Positions 1-10,143 of a DNA stretch of 64,000 nt are shown in pieces (within the stretch, counting starts at the first letter, position 1; the number at the start of each line of letters is the position of its first letter). Made by a program: the position numbers and the translations under genes. The stretch spans positions 71,099 to 135,098 of the forward strand of contig JAFWHC010000001.1 of assembly GCA_017512095.1 (NCBI GenBank), read 5' to 3'. This stretch comes from Candidatus Saccharimonadota bacterium (GTDB lineage Bacteria > Patescibacteriota > Saccharimonadia > Saccharimonadales > Saccharimonadaceae). Under the pieces are notes generated by a model that did no database searches, was not told the DNA's origin, and saw only the letters and a program-made list of their open reading frames with translations.

Positions 1-9
1 CTATTTTTA

Positions 10-531
10 TTATTTGGATTGTTTTTTGAGAAGATCGCGGATTTCTTTGAGAAGCGCGGTCTGGTCTTCTTCGACTTTAGTTTCGGCTTCTTCCTTTTTG
101 TCTTCTTTTTTCTTGGCGAGTTTTTCAGCGCGTTCGCGCATTTTGTTGAGCGTGCGGACCATGAGGAAGATAACGAAGGCGATAACGAGGAAATTAACGG
201 CGGCCTGGAGGAAATTGCCGTAGTTTACGGTGGCGGGTTCAACGCCTTCAATGTAGGCCGGGATGGTGAATTTTAGTCCAGAGAAGTCAAAGCCGCCGAT
301 AATCATGGAGATGACAGGCATAACAATGTCGTTGACGAGAGAAGTTACGATGGCAGTGAAGGCTGCGCCGATAATCATACCGACGGCGAGATCCATGACT
401 GAGCCGCGATTAATAAATTCTTTAAATTCTTTAAGCACTTTAGGCTCCTTTTTCTTTAAATTATTGTTAAAGTCCGCCTGTTTTTCGAGCAGTTCGGCGG
501 CTTTTGCTTTGAGATTGGATTCTTTTCCCAT
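10..531 (-). CDS. mscL: Large-conductance mechanosensitive channel MscL
   Basis: FKEFINRGSVMDLAVGMIIGAAFTAIVTSLVNDIVMP and NYGNFLQAAVNFLVIAFVIF are the MscL TM1/TM2 signatures; C-terminal LLKEIRDLL. Confidence 0.96.
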   Translation of the reverse strand: MGKESNLKAKAAELLEKQADFNNNLKKKEPKVLKEFKEFINRGSVMDLAVGMIIGAAFTAIVTSLVNDIVMPVISMIIGGFDFSGLKFTIPAYIEGVEPATVNYGNFLQAAVNFLVIAFVIFLMVRTLNKMRERAEKLAKKKEDKKEEAETKVEEDQTALLKEIRDLLKKQSK

Positions 532-567
532 ATTGTGATTATATCATGGAATGGATGGAAAAAGAAA

Positions 568-1182
568 TTAGTTTGATTCGGAGAAGTTATAGAAAGTGTC
601 GCCAAGGCGTTTTAGAGAGTTGGTTGAATCGTTGAGATATGCTTTAATGGCGGAGTTCGTGGTTTTGTTGGAAATTGTGGATTCGATATTGATGATGTAT
701 CGGATTTGGAAATACATTTCTGAAGCGTAGCGGCGGTCCAAGATGCCGTTTAAGCGAGCGGATTCAAGAGACGATGTGGTGTCGCTTAGGATTTTTGTGT
801 CACTTGAAGTGGCGGTGATGGCGGTTGGGTCGGCGCCGAGTTCGGTGAGGTATGTTGTGCTTCTAGAGGAAATGTCAGTGAGAAGAGTCGAGAAAGATGT
901 TCCGGTTGAACGGAGAGAAGAGGAACGAACGGAGCCGTTATAGGTTGTGATGGTTTTGATGAGCTCGTCGGAGTATACTTTGAGGCGGCCGAATTCGGTA
1001 GAGGCAGTGGACTCAGGCGTGCTGGGGGAAGAGCCAGCTACGGAAACGAGAACGATGAGAAGTAAGATGACGCCGGCTAAAGCGCCGATGATGATTTTCA
1101 TTTTTTTGTCAAAGAAGCCAGTGTTTTGCGCAGGTTTTTTGACCCCGGCGGAGATTTGGTTTAGATATTCTAAATCGTTCAT
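568..1182 (-). CDS. Hypothetical single-pass membrane protein with helical extracellular domain
   Basis: 204 aa ORF, TM segment IIIGALAGVILLLIVLVSVAG, own TG-T-TATACT promoter (1192-1200), divergent from dnaG. Confidence 0.75.
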   Translation of the reverse strand: MNDLEYLNQISAGVKKPAQNTGFFDKKMKIIIGALAGVILLLIVLVSVAGSSPSTPESTASTEFGRLKVYSDELIKTITTYNGSVRSSSLRSTGTSFSTLLTDISSRSTTYLTELGADPTAITATSSDTKILSDTTSSLESARLNGILDRRYASEMYFQIRYIINIESTISNKTTNSAIKAYLNDSTNSLKRLGDTFYNFSESN

Positions 1183-1231
1183 GTTAAGACTAGTATAACA
1201 TAAAACCTAAGAAAGGTGATATACTGATTAT

Positions 1232-2884
1232 ATGAATGATGCGAAGGAGGAGATTAAAGCAAGGTTGCCGGTTGAAGATGTGATTTCTCAATATATTGAA
1301 CTGAAACGGGCAGGAAGGACGCTGAAAGGGAGATCGCCTTGGGGTGTAGATAAGACACCGTCGTTTATGGTTTCGCCGGATAAGGGGATTTGGCATGATT
1401 TTTCCGCGAATAAGGGCGGTGACATTTTTACGTTTGTGATGGAGGTGGAAGGGATTAGCTTTAAGGAGGCGCTTGAGAAATTGGCGGCGCAAGCCGGAGT
1501 GGACATTTCGCGATATGCGGGCGGGGATGCGAAAATGGCGCAGAGAAAAGTGAGGGCGAAGGAGGCGCTGGAGCTTGCAACGAAGTATTATCAATTCTGT
1601 CTTTCTAAGTCGAAGAAAGTTTCTGAATACGTATTTTATAAACGAAATCTAAATCGTGGAACCGTGGAGACCTTTCGGATTGGGTATGCGCCGGCGGAGG
1701 GGAGAGCTTGTAAAAAATTTTTGATGAGCCGTGGGTATAGCGAAGCAGAACTGAAGGATGCGGGATTGCTTAACCAATACGGCGGGGATATGTTTAGAGG
1801 ACGAATGATGGTGCCATTTATTGATAGTTCTGGGGTGATTGGTTTTACTGCTAGAATTGTTGATAAGCAGCAATCTGCTTCTCAAGACCAAGGTCCCAAG
1901 TATCTTAATACTTCAGATACGTTGCTTTTTAATAAGAGTCGGTTTGTGTTTGGACTAGCGCAGGCGAAGGAAGCGATTCGGAGAAATGGGTTTGTGGTGA
2001 TTGTGGAAGGGAATATGGATGTGATTTCTAGCCATCAAGCTGGAGTAAAAGAAGCGGTAGCGACAAGCGGAACGGCGATGACGGAACAGCATCTCAAAAT
2101 TTTGTCAAGGCTTACGAATGATATTCGATTGGCGTATGATGGAGATGATGCTGGAGTGAAGGCGACGGAGCGTGCGATTATGATGGCTGGAGATCTTGGC
2201 ATAAATTTGACAGTGATTTCCGATTATCACGGTGCGAAGGACCCAGACGAGTTGATTCAAAGAGGTTCGGAACTTTGGCAAAAAGCCGTAAACGAGCGAA
2301 AGCCGGCAGTGGAGTGGCTACTTGATAAGTATGAGGAAAAAGTCGATCTTAAAACTGGGTTTGGGAAACGAGAATATTCAGATGTGGCGCTTAGGTTGCT
2401 TGATTTTGTAAAAGATAAAATTGAACGGGCACACTACGAAGAAGTAGTGGCGAGAAGGTTGGGAGTGTCGCGAGAAGATTTGAGAGGGAAAGAAGGGGAT
2501 TTGGAAAGAAAGTTGCAAGAAAAACCAAAAAGACGGTTAAAGAAAGCGAAGACGGAAGCAAAAACGGACGTACTGGCCGGGCTTGAAGAGAATATTTTGG
2601 CGATTATGGTATATGGTGGAGTGGAGGGGCCGAGCGAGATTGAAGTGCCGGATGATGAGACGAAGCTCGCGGAGCTTGAGTTGGTGTTTGATAACTTGTA
2701 TAAGGGCTGGGGTCAAGCGGCTTTACAAAAAGAAGTGAATGGGCTTTATACGCGGTTGAAAAATGAGATTGTAAAAAGTGAGATTGATAGATTAACGAAG
2801 GAACTTGAGAGCGAAGATATTGACCCAGAGAGAGAAAAGGAGATTTTGAGAAAGATTTTTGAGTTGCAAAAAAGTAAAAAATAG
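1232..2884 (+). CDS. dnaG: DNA primase
   Basis: KYLNTSDT, TOPRIM IVEGNMDV and LAYDGDDAG motifs; upstream of rpoD. Confidence 0.97.
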   Translation: MNDAKEEIKARLPVEDVISQYIELKRAGRTLKGRSPWGVDKTPSFMVSPDKGIWHDFSANKGGDIFTFVMEVEGISFKEALEKLAAQAGVDISRYAGGDAKMAQRKVRAKEALELATKYYQFCLSKSKKVSEYVFYKRNLNRGTVETFRIGYAPAEGRACKKFLMSRGYSEAELKDAGLLNQYGGDMFRGRMMVPFIDSSGVIGFTARIVDKQQSASQDQGPKYLNTSDTLLFNKSRFVFGLAQAKEAIRRNGFVVIVEGNMDVISSHQAGVKEAVATSGTAMTEQHLKILSRLTNDIRLAYDGDDAGVKATERAIMMAGDLGINLTVISDYHGAKDPDELIQRGSELWQKAVNERKPAVEWLLDKYEEKVDLKTGFGKREYSDVALRLLDFVKDKIERAHYEEVVARRLGVSREDLRGKEGDLERKLQEKPKRRLKKAKTEAKTDVLAGLEENILAIMVYGGVEGPSEIEVPDDETKLAELELVFDNLYKGWGQAALQKEVNGLYTRLKNEIVKSEIDRLTKELESEDIDPEREKEILRKIFELQKSKK

Positions 2885-2899
2885 CTTATAATTTGAGAA

Positions 2900-3856
2900 A
2901 TGGACCAAGAAAAAGACGACTTGCTCCTTGAGCCGCTGGAGCCGGATGAGTTTGATCTGGCGGATGAGGAAGAACTTTCTGACGAAGACCTTGAAATAAC
3001 GGTCGATAATGTTGATGCTTTTGCAGATGATTCAGTGAGATTGTATCTTCGAGAAATCGGAAAAATTCCGCTGCTTACTAATGAGGAAGAGGCAAAGCTC
3101 GCGCAAGAGATTGTGGTTGGTAATCCTAAGGCCAAAAGGAAAATGGTGGAAGCGAACATGCGGCTTGTGGTGTCAATCGCAAAAAGATATTCTGGACGCG
3201 GTCTTGATTTTTTGGATTTGATTCAAGAGGGGAATACGGGACTTTTGCGCGCGGTGGAAAAGTTTGACCCGGATAAAGGGTTCAAGTTTTCGACGTATGC
3301 AACTTGGTGGATTCGACAGGCGATTACGCGGGCGATTGCTGACCAAGCGAGGACGATCCGTATTCCGGTGCACATGGTTGAGACGATTAACAAAGTGCTT
3401 AGAACGACAAGAAAGTTGACAACCGAACTTAATCGGGAGCCAACTAATGAAGAAATCGCCAAGGCGCTTAATATGGACGTCGATAAAATTGATTATGTAA
3501 TGAAGATTAAGCAAGATATTGCGTCGCTTGATGCGAGCGTGGGGCGTGATGGCGACGATGAGGATTCGGTGCTTGGCGATTTTGTCGAAGACGAAGAGAG
3601 GGTGTCGCCGGAAGATTCGGCGGCGAATCAGATTCTTAAGGAACAACTTGCGAAGATTATTTCTACGCTTTCCGATCGTGAGCAGAAGATTATTAAAATG
3701 CGGTTTGGGATTGGTGGTGAGAGACCGCATACGCTTGAGGAAGTTGGGATTGAGTTTTCTGTAACGAGGGAACGGATTCGCCAGATTGAGGCGAAAGCGT
3801 TGTCGAAACTCAGGAAGCATAAGGATACGAAAAAGCTTCATGAATATTTAAAGTAG
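2900..3856 (+). CDS. rpoD: RNA polymerase primary sigma factor (sigma70)
   Basis: [60 protein letters not shown]. Confidence 0.97.
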   Translation: MDQEKDDLLLEPLEPDEFDLADEEELSDEDLEITVDNVDAFADDSVRLYLREIGKIPLLTNEEEAKLAQEIVVGNPKAKRKMVEANMRLVVSIAKRYSGRGLDFLDLIQEGNTGLLRAVEKFDPDKGFKFSTYATWWIRQAITRAIADQARTIRIPVHMVETINKVLRTTRKLTTELNREPTNEEIAKALNMDVDKIDYVMKIKQDIASLDASVGRDGDDEDSVLGDFVEDEERVSPEDSAANQILKEQLAKIISTLSDREQKIIKMRFGIGGERPHTLEEVGIEFSVTRERIRQIEAKALSKLRKHKDTKKLHEYLK

Positions 3857-3863
3857 GAGGAAT

Positions 3864-4157
3864 ATGTTTGAGAGTTTGACGGTTTTTGCGGAATGTGTGC
3901 AGACGGCTTTGTTTGGGTGTTATGACGGCGGGATTTGGGGTATTATTGGGATTGTGCTCGATATTATGTTGATTGGCGTGGGAGCGGCGGCAGTGATTGG
4001 AATTATTATTTCCGGGATTCAATATATGACTTCGAGCGGGGACCCGGGGGCGATGGCGAAAGCGAAAAACCGGTTGGTGCAGGTGGTGATTGGAATATTG
4101 GCGTTTGGGTTGATGTGGGTGTTTCTACAGTGGCTGATTCCTGGTGGTGTGCTTTAG
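3864..4157 (+). CDS. TrbC/VirB2-like (T4SS-type) pilin
   Basis: 97 aa, two hydrophobic helices around GIQYMTSSGDPGAMAKAKNRL, typical of CPR pilin-like proteins; SD AGGAGG. Confidence 0.7.
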   Translation: MFESLTVFAECVQTALFGCYDGGIWGIIGIVLDIMLIGVGAAAVIGIIISGIQYMTSSGDPGAMAKAKNRLVQVVIGILAFGLMWVFLQWLIPGGVL

Positions 4158-4160
4158 CCA

Positions 4161-5078
4161 ATGAAAAGGTTGATAATTGTTTATAGCCCGAATTCGGCGA
4201 GGTTTGAAGAAGTTGATCGGAAAGTGATTCAGAAGTCGCGAAAGTTGCCGGGTTGGATGATTTTGAAGTATGAAGTGAAGGAAGCGCCGCTGCAAGAAGA
4301 TGCAGGGGAGCTTGCGAAAATTATTCGAAAAGATGATTTAGTGATTGCTGCAGGGGGAGATGGGACGGCGGCGATGGTGACAAATGCGATTTTGCTGTCT
4401 GGAAAAAAGGCGACGCTGGCGGTGATGCCGTTTGGGAATTTTAATGATTTTGCGGAGACTTTGGGAAAAATGAGTTTTGAGAGGGTAATAAAGAAATTCG
4501 AGGAGGGAAGATATATAGAGTATTATCCGCTGGATATTAAAATTGATAATGAACATTATGTTTATGCGAGTGTTTATTTTACAGTCGGGATGATGGCGGA
4601 AGCGGCTAGGATAATGAAGCGGCCAAAGGTGCGGAAAAAATTAATTCGAGCGAAGAACCGTATGGCGTTTTCGGCGAGAAAGATGTTTTTTTGGTATGTT
4701 AAGAATAAACGTCGAAAGGATTTTTTGCCTTTCGGAATGAAAATTAATGGTCGAGATGTTATCAAAAACGTGACGGATTATATAGCGATGAACGGGAAGA
4801 CGATGGCTGGAGTGGTGCCTGCGGATGGCTGGCTGGATAAACCTGGAAAGTTTTGGAGTGGGACGATGCGGAATCGAAGTTTTTGGCGAATGTTTGGAAA
4901 GTTTGTGAAGGCCATTGAAGGTGAATTGCCGGGAAAGGAAACTGAAGAGGATATATTGGAATTTCCGAAAAAGACGGATGTGTTCGTGCATGCGGAAGGA
5001 GAGGGGGGAATGATAAAGAATGTAAAGAAGATTGAAGTTTCAAAGAATGGAATGTCGTTGCGAGTAATTAGCTCATAG
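4161..5078 (+). CDS. Diacylglycerol/lipid kinase family protein
   Basis: IVYSPNS, AAGGDGT, MPFGNFNDFA, YFTVGMMAEA and EGEG motifs of the DAGK/YegS fold. Confidence 0.82.
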   Translation: MKRLIIVYSPNSARFEEVDRKVIQKSRKLPGWMILKYEVKEAPLQEDAGELAKIIRKDDLVIAAGGDGTAAMVTNAILLSGKKATLAVMPFGNFNDFAETLGKMSFERVIKKFEEGRYIEYYPLDIKIDNEHYVYASVYFTVGMMAEAARIMKRPKVRKKLIRAKNRMAFSARKMFFWYVKNKRRKDFLPFGMKINGRDVIKNVTDYIAMNGKTMAGVVPADGWLDKPGKFWSGTMRNRSFWRMFGKFVKAIEGELPGKETEEDILEFPKKTDVFVHAEGEGGMIKNVKKIEVSKNGMSLRVISS

Positions 5079-5107
5079 GGTATAATAAGGGGAAATAAAG
5101 GAGGTGC

Positions 5108-5680
5108 ATGCGTAAGGAAGAGAGAGATGTAAAAATCTTAGCGATTGTGGGGATGAGCGGAAGTGGTAAAAGTGTGGCGGTTGATTATTTGACGGGATTG
5201 GGGTATCCGAAAGTTTATTTTGGGGGGATGATTTTGCGTGAAATGGAAGCAAGGGGGATCGAGATTACGCCGGAAAACGAAAAAGCGTTTCGGGAAAAAA
5301 TACGCGAGGAAGAAGGGAATGATTGGGTAGTCAGGCAGGTAATTAAAGATATACATAGATTGATCGAAGCAGGGCAGAAACGAATTGTGCTAGACGGGGT
5401 GTATTCGTGGACGGAGTATGTGACGCTTAAAAAAGAATTTCCTGGAGAATTGACGTTCGTAGCTTTAGTGCTTCCAAAGAAGCTGCGATATAGGCGCGTG
5501 GCGGAGCGGCCGGAGCGACCGTTTAACCATACGGAGATTATGGAAAGAGATAGGAGTGAGATTGAGAACCTGGAGAAAGGTGGACCTATCGCAGCCGCTG
5601 ATTATTATATTTTGAACGATGGAACGATTGAAGAAACGAATGTAAAAATTGATAAAATTTTGGAAGAGATTGAATTTTAA
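5108..5680 (+). CDS. P-loop nucleotide/dephospho-CoA kinase-like protein (AAA_17/AAA_33 type)
   Basis: ILAIVGMSGSGKS Walker A, IVLDGV, AAADYYILNDG; strong SD AAGGAGGT. Confidence 0.7.
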   Translation: MRKEERDVKILAIVGMSGSGKSVAVDYLTGLGYPKVYFGGMILREMEARGIEITPENEKAFREKIREEEGNDWVVRQVIKDIHRLIEAGQKRIVLDGVYSWTEYVTLKKEFPGELTFVALVLPKKLRYRRVAERPERPFNHTEIMERDRSEIENLEKGGPIAAADYYILNDGTIEETNVKIDKILEEIEF

Positions 5681-8079
5681 TGAAAAGGTTGGTTGTTATT
5701 GATGGAAAGAGCGTGTTCTATCGCGGGTATTATGCGATGGGCGCACTTAGCAAAAGTGATGGAACGCCGACGGGGGGAGTGTATGGATTTGCGGCGATCG
5801 CAATGGAGCTTGTGAAGAAATTTGCGCCGGATAAAGTGGTGGTGGCTTGGGATAAGGCGAAGACTTCGACGAGCAAGCGAAAAGCGATTTATAGTGAGTA
5901 TAAGGCAGGGAGGGTGAAGCCGCCGGAAGATTTTTTTGCGCAGATACCGTTGCTTCGGGAACTAGTCGATGCGCTTGGGTGGGCGTTTGTGGAGTTGGAC
6001 GATTATGAAGCGGATGATATTATAGGAACTTTGGCAGAGCAAGTGAAAAGTTCTGGTGCGTGCGAGATGTTTATTATTTCTTCGGATTTGGATATGTTGC
6101 AGGTGGTCGATGAGAATGTGAAGATGGTGCGGCTGCTCAAAGGATTTACGGAAATGGAGGAGATTGATGTCAAGGCTGTGGAAGCGAAATACGGGATACG
6201 GAAGGAGCAGTTTTTGGACCTCAAGGCGCTTAAGGGTGATACGTCGGACAATATTCCTGGAGTGCCTGGGATTGGTGAGAAGGGGGCGGTGAAGTTACTT
6301 AACGAATTCGGGGATTTGGATGGTATATATAATAATATAGATAAAATTACGGGGGCGACGCAGAAGAAGCTGATTTCTGGGAAAGAGTCGGCGTATATGT
6401 CGTATCGACTGGCGAAAATAATGACGGATGCGCCGGTCGAACTTGCGCAAATACCGGATTTAAAGATTGATGGTGAAAAAATCAAAAATGAGTTAAAGAA
6501 GTTAGAGTTTAATAGTTTGATAAGAAAATATAGTAAAAGTTTGGACGATTTCGGAAAGAAACATGGGTCAGAGAGCGAAGCGAGCGCGGAGGCGAGTTCC
6601 GCAAAAATTGACTCAGAAGAGCTGGAAGAGTTGCCGGAGGAGGTGATTTTTAGTTTTGATGTGAAGGGGTTGATGCATAGGAACGAGGAGGTTGCAAAGA
6701 AGATTCTGGCAGGGGCGAAGTTTTATGACCTTGGACAGGGGAAGTTTTTGCTGAATCCGCTCGAAAGAAAAGACGAGAGCCAAGCGTCGCTATTTTCTGA
6801 CGACCCGGACGAAATGAAGCGAGAGTATAACCGGCAGAAACGGGAGTTTGCGGATAAACCGGAGCTTTATAAGGTTCTTCGGGAACTGGATTTGCCGATG
6901 ATTCCGGTGCTTTATAAAGTTGAAAAACGAGGAATGAAAATCGACCGAAAATATTTCGAGGATTTGCGAGTTGAATATGAAAGATATGTCGATAGGCTGG
7001 CGTCGGACATATATATAACGGTAGGGCAAGAATTTAATTTGAATTCGCCGATTCAACTGTCGGAGGTTTTGTTTGAGAAGCTTAAACTGCCGGTGAAGGG
7101 AATTAAGAAGACGACACGAGGATATTCAACGGGTGTGAAAGAACTTGAAAAATTGAAAGCACTACATCCGGTGATACCTAAGATGATGGAATATCGGGAG
7201 GCGTCGAAACTTTTGTCTACATATATTTTGCCGTTGCCGCAACTTGCGGACGTAGATGATCGAGTGCATACGACATTTACGCAGAATGTGACGGCAACGG
7301 GGAGGCTTTCAAGCTTAAATCCAAATTTGCAGAATATTCCGACGCGGACAGAGGAAGGAAGGAAGATTCGGGGTGGGTTTGTGGCGAGCGATGGTAAGGT
7401 GCTAGTGTCGGCGGATTATGCTCAATTTGAGCTCCGACTTGCGGCAGCAATGTCTGGCGACGAGAAGCTAATCGAAGATTTTAATAGTGGAGTGGATATT
7501 CATACAAAAACGGCGGCGGAAGTGTTTGGTGTTTCGATGGATGATGTAACGAAAGAGCAGCGAAGGCTCGCGAAGGTGGTGAATTTTGGGATTATTTATG
7601 GGATGAGTGCGAAGGGGCTTTCTGACGCGACTGGGATGAGCATTCAAGAGGCGAAGGAATTCGAGCAACGATATTTTGAACTAAGAAAGCCGATTGCGGA
7701 TAAACTTAAATCGTATTTGGAACAGGCGCGAGAGAAAGGCTATGTGGAAACATACTTTGGGCGACGCAGGCCGACGCCGGATGTGCGTAGTGCAAATTTC
7801 TTGGTAAGAATGGGAGCAGAGAGGGCGGCGCAGAATATGCCGATTCAAGGAACCGAAGCAGATCTTATGAAGCTGGCAATGATTCGGCTAGATGAACGGT
7901 TGCCAGAGGGGGCTGACATGATTATGCAGGTGCACGATTCGATTATGGTGGAATGCGAGCCTGCTGCAGTCGAGACAGTGAAAAAGATAATGAAAGAAGT
8001 GATGGAGGGGGTTTGTCCGGAGCTTCCGGTTAAATTGCTGGTTGATGTGAAGGAAGGGAAGAATTGGGGAGAAGTATAA
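5680..8079 (+). CDS. polA: DNA polymerase I (5'-3' exonuclease + polymerase; 3'-5' exonuclease domain reduced)
   Basis: YEADDIIGTL, ALKGDTSDNIPGVPGIG, TGRLSSLNPNLQNIP, ADYAQFELR, AKVVNFGIIYG, QVHDSI. Confidence 0.97.
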   Translation: MKRLVVIDGKSVFYRGYYAMGALSKSDGTPTGGVYGFAAIAMELVKKFAPDKVVVAWDKAKTSTSKRKAIYSEYKAGRVKPPEDFFAQIPLLRELVDALGWAFVELDDYEADDIIGTLAEQVKSSGACEMFIISSDLDMLQVVDENVKMVRLLKGFTEMEEIDVKAVEAKYGIRKEQFLDLKALKGDTSDNIPGVPGIGEKGAVKLLNEFGDLDGIYNNIDKITGATQKKLISGKESAYMSYRLAKIMTDAPVELAQIPDLKIDGEKIKNELKKLEFNSLIRKYSKSLDDFGKKHGSESEASAEASSAKIDSEELEELPEEVIFSFDVKGLMHRNEEVAKKILAGAKFYDLGQGKFLLNPLERKDESQASLFSDDPDEMKREYNRQKREFADKPELYKVLRELDLPMIPVLYKVEKRGMKIDRKYFEDLRVEYERYVDRLASDIYITVGQEFNLNSPIQLSEVLFEKLKLPVKGIKKTTRGYSTGVKELEKLKALHPVIPKMMEYREASKLLSTYILPLPQLADVDDRVHTTFTQNVTATGRLSSLNPNLQNIPTRTEEGRKIRGGFVASDGKVLVSADYAQFELRLAAAMSGDEKLIEDFNSGVDIHTKTAAEVFGVSMDDVTKEQRRLAKVVNFGIIYGMSAKGLSDATGMSIQEAKEFEQRYFELRKPIADKLKSYLEQAREKGYVETYFGRRRPTPDVRSANFLVRMGAERAAQNMPIQGTEADLMKLAMIRLDERLPEGADMIMQVHDSIMVECEPAAVETVKKIMKEVMEGVCPELPVKLLVDVKEGKNWGEV

Positions 8080-8094
8080 AATGAAAGGCGATTT

Positions 8095-9060
8095 ATGGAA
8101 TACGGTTTAGTAAAATATGAGATTGAGGATGGTGAGGTGGTGTTTGACATCGATAAGGATAAGGAGACGATTTGGGCTAGCGTAGAGCAGATAGCAGAGC
8201 TTTTTGGCGTGCAGCGTGCGGCAATAGTTAAACATATAAATAATATTTTGAAGGATGGGGAATTGGAAGAAAAAAGCATATGTTCCATTTTGGAACATAT
8301 GGTCAATGGACGAAAATACCAGAAGAAATTGTATAATCTTGATGCGATCATATCTGTCGGTTATAGGGTAAATTCGAAGAAGGCGACGAAGTTCCGGGTT
8401 TGGGCAACTTCGGTTCTTAAACGATATGTGGTTGATGGTGTGGCGATGAATGAACGGAGACTTAAGGAGCTGCCCGAGAGAAAATTGGCAGAGCTTGAGG
8501 GGACGCTCGCTATGGTGAAGAGGTTGATGAGCAAGCAGGTGCTTGGGGCGGGCGAAGCTGAGGGGATTCTTGAAGTGATTGCGCAATACGGAAAGACAAC
8601 GGAGACGATTACGGGATATGACGAAGGCGACATTCCGGTTTTGTTCGCGAAAAGTGGGAAAATAAGGCGAACGCTGAGTTTGGCGGAAGTGAAAAATTTG
8701 GCGGAGAATCTGCGTGAGCAGATTGATGAGAAGGAAGAGTTTGGCGAATTGAAAGATGAAGCGAAGATGGAGGATTTTTTGAATGAACTGCTGCTTGATG
8801 ACTCTGGAAAGACGGTATCGGAGAAAGCGGCGCGGTTGCTTTATTATGTAGTAAAAGGTGAGCCGTTTAAAGCGGGGAATGCGCAGATTGGGGCGCTGGT
8901 GTTTATTTATTTTTTGACGGTGAACGATTGTCATTTGTCGGAGAATGGAGAGACGAAATTGTCGGATAGGGCACTGACTGCTTTGGTTCTGTTGATTGCG
9001 GAGAGCGGGAAAACCGAAAAGGAATTGATAATTAATCTGACGGCGAAGTTGATTGAATAA
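8095..9060 (+). CDS. RhuM-family DNA-binding domain fused to degenerate Fic/Doc domain
   Basis: ETIWASVEQIAELFG, YNLDAIISVGYRVNSKKATKFRVWAT (RhuM); C-terminal EPFKAGNAQIG aligns with the Fic motif HPFxDGNKR. Confidence 0.8.
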   Translation: MEYGLVKYEIEDGEVVFDIDKDKETIWASVEQIAELFGVQRAAIVKHINNILKDGELEEKSICSILEHMVNGRKYQKKLYNLDAIISVGYRVNSKKATKFRVWATSVLKRYVVDGVAMNERRLKELPERKLAELEGTLAMVKRLMSKQVLGAGEAEGILEVIAQYGKTTETITGYDEGDIPVLFAKSGKIRRTLSLAEVKNLAENLREQIDEKEEFGELKDEAKMEDFLNELLLDDSGKTVSEKAARLLYYVVKGEPFKAGNAQIGALVFIYFLTVNDCHLSENGETKLSDRALTALVLLIAESGKTEKELIINLTAKLIE

Positions 9061-9090
9061 AAAAATGTTATGGGGTAAAATAGATTTATT

Positions 9091-10143
9091 ATGGAAGAGG
9101 TAAATAAGAAAACTAAAAAAATAAAAAACCAAGATAATAAAAAAGCCAAAAAGGAGAAGATTGAAAAGAAGGGTGGTGAGAGAAAGAGTGACGAGAAGAA
9201 GAGTGCGAAGAAGGTTGCGCTGATTGTTTTGATTGTTCTAGTAATTTTAGGGGGCGGTGGTTTTGCTTTGAAAACGGTTTTGACAAAAACGACGGTGACA
9301 GCGGAAACGGTGAAGATGCCGGATGATGCGAGGGGGTTCTCTAATTATTTTAAAGAATATCTTTTAAGTAGAGTTAGGGCGGAGAGATTATTTTCTTATA
9401 GCTTTAGAGATTTGTCGGATGATGAAATCTTAAACGAACTGACGGAACTTAAGGATGGGTTTTCGAAAGTTTCTAGGGGGGTGAATAGTGCATATAAAAA
9501 TTCGGAGTATCGTGAGCTGGCGGGAGTAATGGAAAGCGATAGTGCGATTTATCTAACGGCGGTAAGGGAATTAAGAACAGTGATGACTGATGGGGCTTAT
9601 GGTAACGAAGGTGATAGGCAACTTGCGTTTATGCGGAAGGTCGAAGAGACGACGAAAGAACTTAGAAGCGCGCTGTATATTGCAAGGGAGGCGTTTGACG
9701 GTGACGTTTCGGGCTTGAGCTCAAAGGGAGTGCTTTTGTTTAATGGTGTAGCGTTGGTGGAAGTTGGCGGAGGTGTGATGAATATTTTGGTGGGAGATGC
9801 TTCGGAGCCTGTGACGGCTATTTCGACGGATGATATTGACGAAGGGACCGTGAAGCCGATTGAGGCGAGCGGACTTTATGGCTATGTTGGTTCGCGAATT
9901 GTGAGAATTGGCGACGGATTTGAAACGGTGTTGGAAAATGGATGGGTGAAAGATGTAAAAGCGGAAGTAAAGACGAGCGAGGTAACATTCACAACAACAA
10001 AGGTTAGTTTGGTGATGAAAAATGTGTGGAGCCTGGATACGGAATTGAATGGGCAGGGAATTAAAGGACTAGTTAACCAGGAAAAGCATTCGGTGAGTGA
10101 AGGCTTGAATGAGGTAATGAAAGGGCTAGAAGGGAAGAACTGA
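9091..10143 (+). CDS. Hypothetical membrane-anchored protein (Lys-rich N-terminus, one TM)
   Basis: 350 aa ORF, TM VALIVLIVLVILGGGGFAL, TGA/ATG overlap with mutM. Confidence 0.75.
   Translation: MEEVNKKTKKIKNQDNKKAKKEKIEKKGGERKSDEKKSAKKVALIVLIVLVILGGGGFALKTVLTKTTVTAETVKMPDDARGFSNYFKEYLLSRVRAERLFSYSFRDLSDDEILNELTELKDGFSKVSRGVNSAYKNSEYRELAGVMESDSAIYLTAVRELRTVMTDGAYGNEGDRQLAFMRKVEETTKELRSALYIAREAFDGDVSGLSSKGVLLFNGVALVEVGGGVMNILVGDASEPVTAISTDDIDEGTVKPIEASGLYGYVGSRIVRIGDGFETVLENGWVKDVKAEVKTSEVTFTTTKVSLVMKNVWSLDTELNGQGIKGLVNQEKHSVSEGLNEVMKGLEGKN

Noticed and set aside
8107-9132. Long antisense ORFs (also 21198-22112, 47071-47886, 47904-48539, 18419-19057, 63220-63861 and others)
   Set aside because: Shadows of well-supported genes on the other strand; no motifs, promoters or SDs; composition reflects strand bias
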